A DNA stretch of 64,000 bases from a bacterium. GTDB lineage: Bacteria > Actinomycetota > Acidimicrobiia > Spongiisociales > ZC4RG35. Positions 59,961-64,000 of the stretch are shown here, piece after piece (positions within the stretch are counted from its first letter, which is position 1; every line of letters starts with the position of its first letter). The stretch spans positions 3,890 through 67,889 of the forward strand of contig JAPPLW010000059.1 of assembly GCA_028819345.1 (NCBI GenBank), written 5' to 3'. The notes under the pieces were generated by a model, which saw only the letters and a program-made list of their open reading frames with translations, made no database searches and was not told the DNA's origin. The translations under genes and the position numbers were made by a program.

Positions 59961-61496
59961 CTAGTTGACGGCCTTCTCCATGCCTTCCCAGTAGGGGGCG
60001 CGCAACTTGAACTTCTGGAGTTTGCCGGTGGCGGTTCGGGCCAGTTCAGTGCGGATCTCCACCGAGGTGGGGCACTTGTAGTGGGCAATCCGCTCCCGAC
60101 AGTGGTCGATGAGATCCTGTGGCGTCACCTCGGCATCCGGGGCCAGCACCACTAGTGCCTTGACCGTCTCGCCCCACTTGGGGTCGGGGACACCGATGAC
60201 GGCAACTTCGGCCACCGCCGGATGAGAGAACAGGGTGTCCTCCACTTCGATGGAAGACACGTTCTCCCCGCCGGAGATGATCACGTCCTTCTTGCGGTCG
60301 GTGATGGTGTAGTAGCCCTCGTCGTCGGTGTAGCCGCCGTCCCCGGTGTGGAACCAGCCGTCCACGATGGCCTCCGCGGTGGCGTCGGGCTGTTCCCAGT
60401 ACCCCTCCAGCACATGGTTGGTGCGGGCCAGGAACTCTCCGTCGGGGCGCACGGTCATGCGGACGCCCAGACCGGGCGCACCCTGGCGGGCCAGTTTGCG
60501 AGCCCTCTCCTCAGGCGACAGGTGGTCCCACTCCGCCCTGGTGCGGTTCATGGTGAGGAGCGGCGCGGTCTCGGTGAGGCCGTAGATCTGGATGAACTCC
60601 CAGCCCAGTTCGGTCTCCACCCGCTCGATGGTGCGGGTGGGCGGTGGAGCGCCGGCCACCACGATGCGGGTACGGCCCGCGCCGGGGATGGGTCCTTTCC
60701 ATTCGGCGGCGGCGTCCAGGATTGCCGCCACCACCGCGGGCGCCCCGCACATGATCGTTATGTCGTATTCGTCCACTCGACGCAAGATCTCGGCGCCTTC
60801 CACCTGGCGGAGCACCACCTGTCGGGCGCCCATGCCGACCAGGGCATAGGGCATCCCCCAGCCGTTGCAGTGGAACATGGGCAGGGTGTGCAGGTAGTTG
60901 TCGCGGTCGTTCACCGTCGCTTGCCAGCCGAACACCGCCGCGTTGAGCCAGAGACTGCGGTGGGTCTGCTGCACGCCCTTGGGCCTGGCGGTGGTGCCCG
61001 ACGTGTAGTTGATCACCGCCGTCCGGTCCTCGTCCGGCGTCCATGGCACCGGGGCCGTTCCCAACCGGAACAACGCATCGTCGGACTCGGCGCCGAGCAC
61101 GAACTTGTGACGGCACTCGACGGAGGCCAGCAGGCCGGCCAACTCGACGTCGACCAAAAGCACCTCGGCGCCGCTGTGCTCGATGATGTAGGCCACCTCG
61201 TCGGTGCTGAGCCGGAAGTTGACCGGAACGAAGATCCGCCCGTTGCCGCTCACTCCCCAGAACGAGGTCAGCAGGCGCCCGGCGTTGTGCGAAACCATGA
61301 CAACCCGTCCACCCATGGGCACACCCAAGGCGTCCAGGCCGGCCCCCATCGCGTCGGCCAACTCTCCCAGCCGGGAGAACGTCACCTCCCCCATCGACGG
61401 AGCAGGCTGGTCGGGTTCATCAACGACGGCCACCCGGTCGGGATACACAGCCAAGGCCCGGTTAAGATGATCACGGATTGTGAGAGGGACCTTCAT
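59961..61496 (-). CDS. AMP-dependent synthetase/ligase (acyl-CoA synthetase)
   Basis: YTSGTTARPKG AMP-binding motif. 511 aa. Confidence 0.85.
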   Translation of the reverse strand: MKVPLTIRDHLNRALAVYPDRVAVVDEPDQPAPSMGEVTFSRLGELADAMGAGLDALGVPMGGRVVMVSHNAGRLLTSFWGVSGNGRIFVPVNFRLSTDEVAYIIEHSGAEVLLVDVELAGLLASVECRHKFVLGAESDDALFRLGTAPVPWTPDEDRTAVINYTSGTTARPKGVQQTHRSLWLNAAVFGWQATVNDRDNYLHTLPMFHCNGWGMPYALVGMGARQVVLRQVEGAEILRRVDEYDITIMCGAPAVVAAILDAAAEWKGPIPGAGRTRIVVAGAPPPTRTIERVETELGWEFIQIYGLTETAPLLTMNRTRAEWDHLSPEERARKLARQGAPGLGVRMTVRPDGEFLARTNHVLEGYWEQPDATAEAIVDGWFHTGDGGYTDDEGYYTITDRKKDVIISGGENVSSIEVEDTLFSHPAVAEVAVIGVPDPKWGETVKALVVLAPDAEVTPQDLIDHCRERIAHYKCPTSVEIRTELARTATGKLQKFKLRAPYWEGMEKAVN

Positions 61497-61588
61497 GTCG
61501 CCATTTTAAGGCACTTACAGCCCGAACCGCACCTGACGCCCCCAAACAACCCGGCAACCATCACCAATACGGCACCACCATCGGATGT

Positions 61589-61620
61589 ACAAGAAACGGC
61601 CCCGACCTAAGTCGGGGCCG
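61589..61620 (-). terminator. Rho-independent terminator hairpin (CGGCCCCGAC-CTAA-GTCGGGGCCG), U-tract on the minus strand
   Basis: Perfect 10-bp stem with a 4-nt loop. On the minus strand it is followed by TTTCTTGT. It sits between the NYN gene and the acyl-CoA synthetase start. Confidence 0.55.
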
Positions 61621-61694
61621 TCGGCCTTGGGCTACTCACCCAAGGGGGGTACATCGGTGACAATAACACGGTGCTGTGACAAATCCCAGGTATC

Positions 61695-62333
61695 GTGGTG
61701 GTTCTTGTGAAATACGGGGAGCGGGTTGTCGGATACGTTGATGGATACAACCTGTACTACGGGTTGCGTCATGGTGGACTTCGCACGTCGCGTTGGCTTG
61801 ATCTACATGCGTTGTGTGAGTCGTTGCTGAAGCCCAACCAGCAACTTGCCCTAGTTCGCTATTTTACCACCAGAGTTAAAAACGACCAAGCAGCGGCACA
61901 GCGCCAAGGAATTTTCATAGATGCACTAGAGGCCCGTGGTGGGATTGACATAGATTATGGCCACTTTTTGTCGAAGCCCATGCAGTGTTACCGCTGTGGG
62001 AATTCTTGGACCCAAAGCGAAGAAAAGAAGACAGACGTCAACATCGCCGTGCGGCTCCTGAACGACGCTTACGACAATCTCTTCGATACAGCGATCATCA
62101 TCTCGGGCGACAGTGACCTCGCACCGCCCGTTGAGTCAGTTCGAGTCCGCTTTCCCAATAAGCGTCTAATCGTTGCCTTCCCTCCTCGCCGCAATTCACA
62201 TGAACTCGGGAGGGTTGCGCATGCGGCCTTTAGGATTTCAAAGGGGATAATCCGTTCTAGCCGGCTGCCCGATCCCGTCATTACACCAACGGGAATAATG
62301 CTTAGCGCCCCCGCCGGGTGGCTTCCCACCTAA
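61695..62333 (+). CDS. NYN domain (LabA-like, PIN-related) protein
   Basis: VGYVDGYNLYYG...IIISGDSDLAP is the NYN/LabA motif pattern. The gene is markedly lower in GC than its flanks. Confidence 0.7.
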   Translation: MVVLVKYGERVVGYVDGYNLYYGLRHGGLRTSRWLDLHALCESLLKPNQQLALVRYFTTRVKNDQAAAQRQGIFIDALEARGGIDIDYGHFLSKPMQCYRCGNSWTQSEEKKTDVNIAVRLLNDAYDNLFDTAIIISGDSDLAPPVESVRVRFPNKRLIVAFPPRRNSHELGRVAHAAFRISKGIIRSSRLPDPVITPTGIMLSAPAGWLPT

Positions 62334-63091
62334 ACCACGCTCCAACCACCGTCTACGAACAGGGTCTGGCCGGTTATGTAGCTGGCGGTGGCTCCTGCCA
62401 GGAACGTGACCGCCTGCGCCACCTCCTCGGGGTAGCCATGCCTGCGCAGGGGGACGCCGGCTTCGATGGCCGCTACCTGCGCGGCGTTGGCGGGGTCCTC
62501 TCGGAACCAGGCGTTCATCGGCGTCTCGATGAACCCCGGCGCCACCGTGTTAACCCTCACTCCGAACTCGCACCACTCGGCGGCCATGGTCCTGGTGAGA
62601 CCAATAATCCCCGCCTTGGCGGCCGCATAGGCGCCGATGCGGGGAATGCCGAACGGGCCGGAGATGGATGCGATGTTCACCACCGATCCCGAGCGCTGTG
62701 CGATGAGATGGGGTGCGACTGCCCGCGTCACGACGAAGACCGAAGAGAGATTAACCTCCATCATCCGCCCCCACTCGGCGGTCTCCAACTCGTCCATCCG
62801 AGCACGGTCCTGCCGCTGGCCGGCGTTGTTAACGACAACGTCCAGTCTCCCCCACTCGGCCATGATGGTCTCCACCGCTCTGACCACGGCCGTCCGGTCG
62901 GTCACATCGCAGGGCGCCACCAGGCCATTCGGTGGCCCGATCATGTTGAGGGTCTCCTCCAGACCCCGACGGCCCCGGGCCAACAGCCCGACCCGGGCGC
63001 CTTCGGCGGCAAGGGCCACGGCCACCGCCCGGCCTATGCCCTGGCTGGCGCCCGTCACCAGGGCCACCTTGCCGTCCAGTTGGGCGTCCAC
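62330..63091 (-). CDS. SDR family oxidoreductase
   Basis: VTGASQGIGRAVA Rossmann motif, YAAAKAG catalytic region. 3' end overlaps the NYN gene by 4 nt. Confidence 0.85.
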   Translation of the reverse strand: MDAQLDGKVALVTGASQGIGRAVAVALAAEGARVGLLARGRRGLEETLNMIGPPNGLVAPCDVTDRTAVVRAVETIMAEWGRLDVVVNNAGQRQDRARMDELETAEWGRMMEVNLSSVFVVTRAVAPHLIAQRSGSVVNIASISGPFGIPRIGAYAAAKAGIIGLTRTMAAEWCEFGVRVNTVAPGFIETPMNAWFREDPANAAQVAAIEAGVPLRRHGYPEEVAQAVTFLAGATASYITGQTLFVDGGWSVV

Positions 63092-63156
63092 GGACGCTTA
63101 CTCGCTCATCAGAGGGTTTGAACAGACCGCTCGCAGGAGCGGGATCCTTATCGGAC

Positions 63157-64000
63157 TCAACCGGGAAGATCTTCGACGATGTCGGCGGTGGCCGAGATCA
63201 GCCCGTCCACCTCGGCGCTGGTCATGGGAGTGGAGATGCAGGCGGAACCCCGGGAAGAAAGGAAGAAGCCGCGGTTGAGGAGGCCGAAGTGGAACGCCCG
63301 CTTCAGGTCGGGATCGGTCCGGTTGACCGCATGGACGTCATGGAGCGGCTCGGAGGTTGGATGCAGGTTGAATAGGGACCCCATGCCGGTGACCTGGCCG
63401 GGAAACGCCGTCGCGGCGAACACCCGGTTGATCCCCTGCTGGGCGCGCTCTCCCAGTTGGTTGAGTTGGTTGATCGCCGCCTCGGTGAGCAACTCCAGGC
63501 AGGCGACTCCGGCGGCGGCCGTCACCGGGTTTCCGTTGAAGGTGCCTCCCCAGGAGATGTCTCCGGAGACCGGGTTCATAGTCTCCATGATCTCTCCCTT
63601 GCCACCGAACGCGCCAACCGGGAACCCGCCCCCGATGATCTTGGCGAAGGCGCTCAGGTCGGGGCTGACGCCGTAGATGGCCTGGGCGCCTCCCCGATGG
63701 AGGCGGAGGGTCTGGACCTCATCGAAGACCAGGACGGACCCCGTGGCAGTGGCGGCCTCCCGGAGGAAGCGCAGGAAGTCGGGGCGGGCCGGGATGTATC
63801 CCGCCGCGCCCAGCACCGGTTCGACGATTATCGCGGCCAACTCATCCCCCACCCTTTCCAGCACCTTCCGGCACCCCTCTTCATCGTTGAAGGGCAGGTC
63901 CACCATCAGGCCCGATACCTCGTCCGGAACGCCCGGCGCCGGGGCGTTCGCATAGTCGTGAGTCCCGTGGTAACTTCCCTCGAACCGTCCCACCTTGGAC
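63157..64000 (-). CDS. Class-III aminotransferase (glutamate-1-semialdehyde aminomutase-like), 5'-truncated by the window edge
   Basis: The C-terminal half of a class-III PLP enzyme is readable (FDEVQT...GGGFPVGAFGG). The ORF runs off the end of the window. Confidence 0.75.
   Translation of the reverse strand, partial: SKVGRFEGSYHGTHDYANAPAPGVPDEVSGLMVDLPFNDEEGCRKVLERVGDELAAIIVEPVLGAAGYIPARPDFLRFLREAATATGSVLVFDEVQTLRLHRGGAQAIYGVSPDLSAFAKIIGGGFPVGAFGGKGEIMETMNPVSGDISWGGTFNGNPVTAAAGVACLELLTEAAINQLNQLGERAQQGINRVFAATAFPGQVTGMGSLFNLHPTSEPLHDVHAVNRTDPDLKRAFHFGLLNRGFFLSSRGSACISTPMTSAEVDGLISATADIVEDLPG

Overview
This 64 kb window has very high GC (about 68%) and is densely packed with genes, almost all metabolic. 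Lipoboxes, Tat-type signal peptides and Thr/Pro/Ala-rich lipoprotein linkers point to a high-GC Gram-positive chromosome, most likely an actinobacterium. I can support about 54 protein-coding genes. I found no rRNA, tRNA, CRISPR array or transposase.

In order along the window:
- 311-8059: a tightly translationally coupled peptide-type ABC importer (binding protein, two permeases, two ATPases) fused in one operon with an amidohydrolase and an M29/NicX-like protein.
- 8130-8570: a stand-alone RNase HI.
- 8736-29330: a large accessory-looking catabolic island. It holds a cytosine-deaminase-like amidohydrolase, ATP-dependent hydantoinase/oxoprolinase subunits HyuA and HyuB, CoA-acylating malonate/methylmalonate-semialdehyde dehydrogenase (mmsA), a PTE-family hydrolase, an alpha-oxoamine synthase (Kbl-like), a D-aminoacylase-type amidohydrolase, a PBP1-type ABC importer, an amidase-signature amidase, a class-III aminotransferase, a GntR regulator and two 3-hydroxyisobutyrate-dehydrogenase-like reductases. 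A low-GC vapBC toxin-antitoxin module interrupts it.
- 29496-30629: a bacterial ERG4/ERG24-type sterol reductase homologue.
- 31445-32962: glpK.
- 34617-36708: a PEP-hydrolase-like/UPF0261 (Tm-1-like) gene pair.
- 41273-42193: a formylglycine-generating enzyme with no sulfatase nearby.
- 43144-47513: an orphan nuoE-nuoF-nuoG NADH-dehydrogenase module, sitting next to the Fe-S carrier ApbC/Mrp.
- 48747-52134: a Cys-rich winged-helix regulator immediately upstream of aconitase.
- 54102-61496: an acyl-CoA / glyoxylate-shunt cluster (CoA-transferase, acyl-CoA dehydrogenase, isocitrate lyase with a divergent LysR regulator, short-chain dehydrogenase, acyl-CoA synthetase).
- 61695-62333: a low-GC NYN-domain gene that looks inserted between an SDR gene and its terminator.

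The best candidate for a not-yet-described system is the 8.7-29.3 kb ring-opening / amide-hydrolysis / transamination / semialdehyde-oxidation island, with its candidate operator palindromes and its unusual transporter. Its substrate cannot be named from sequence alone.
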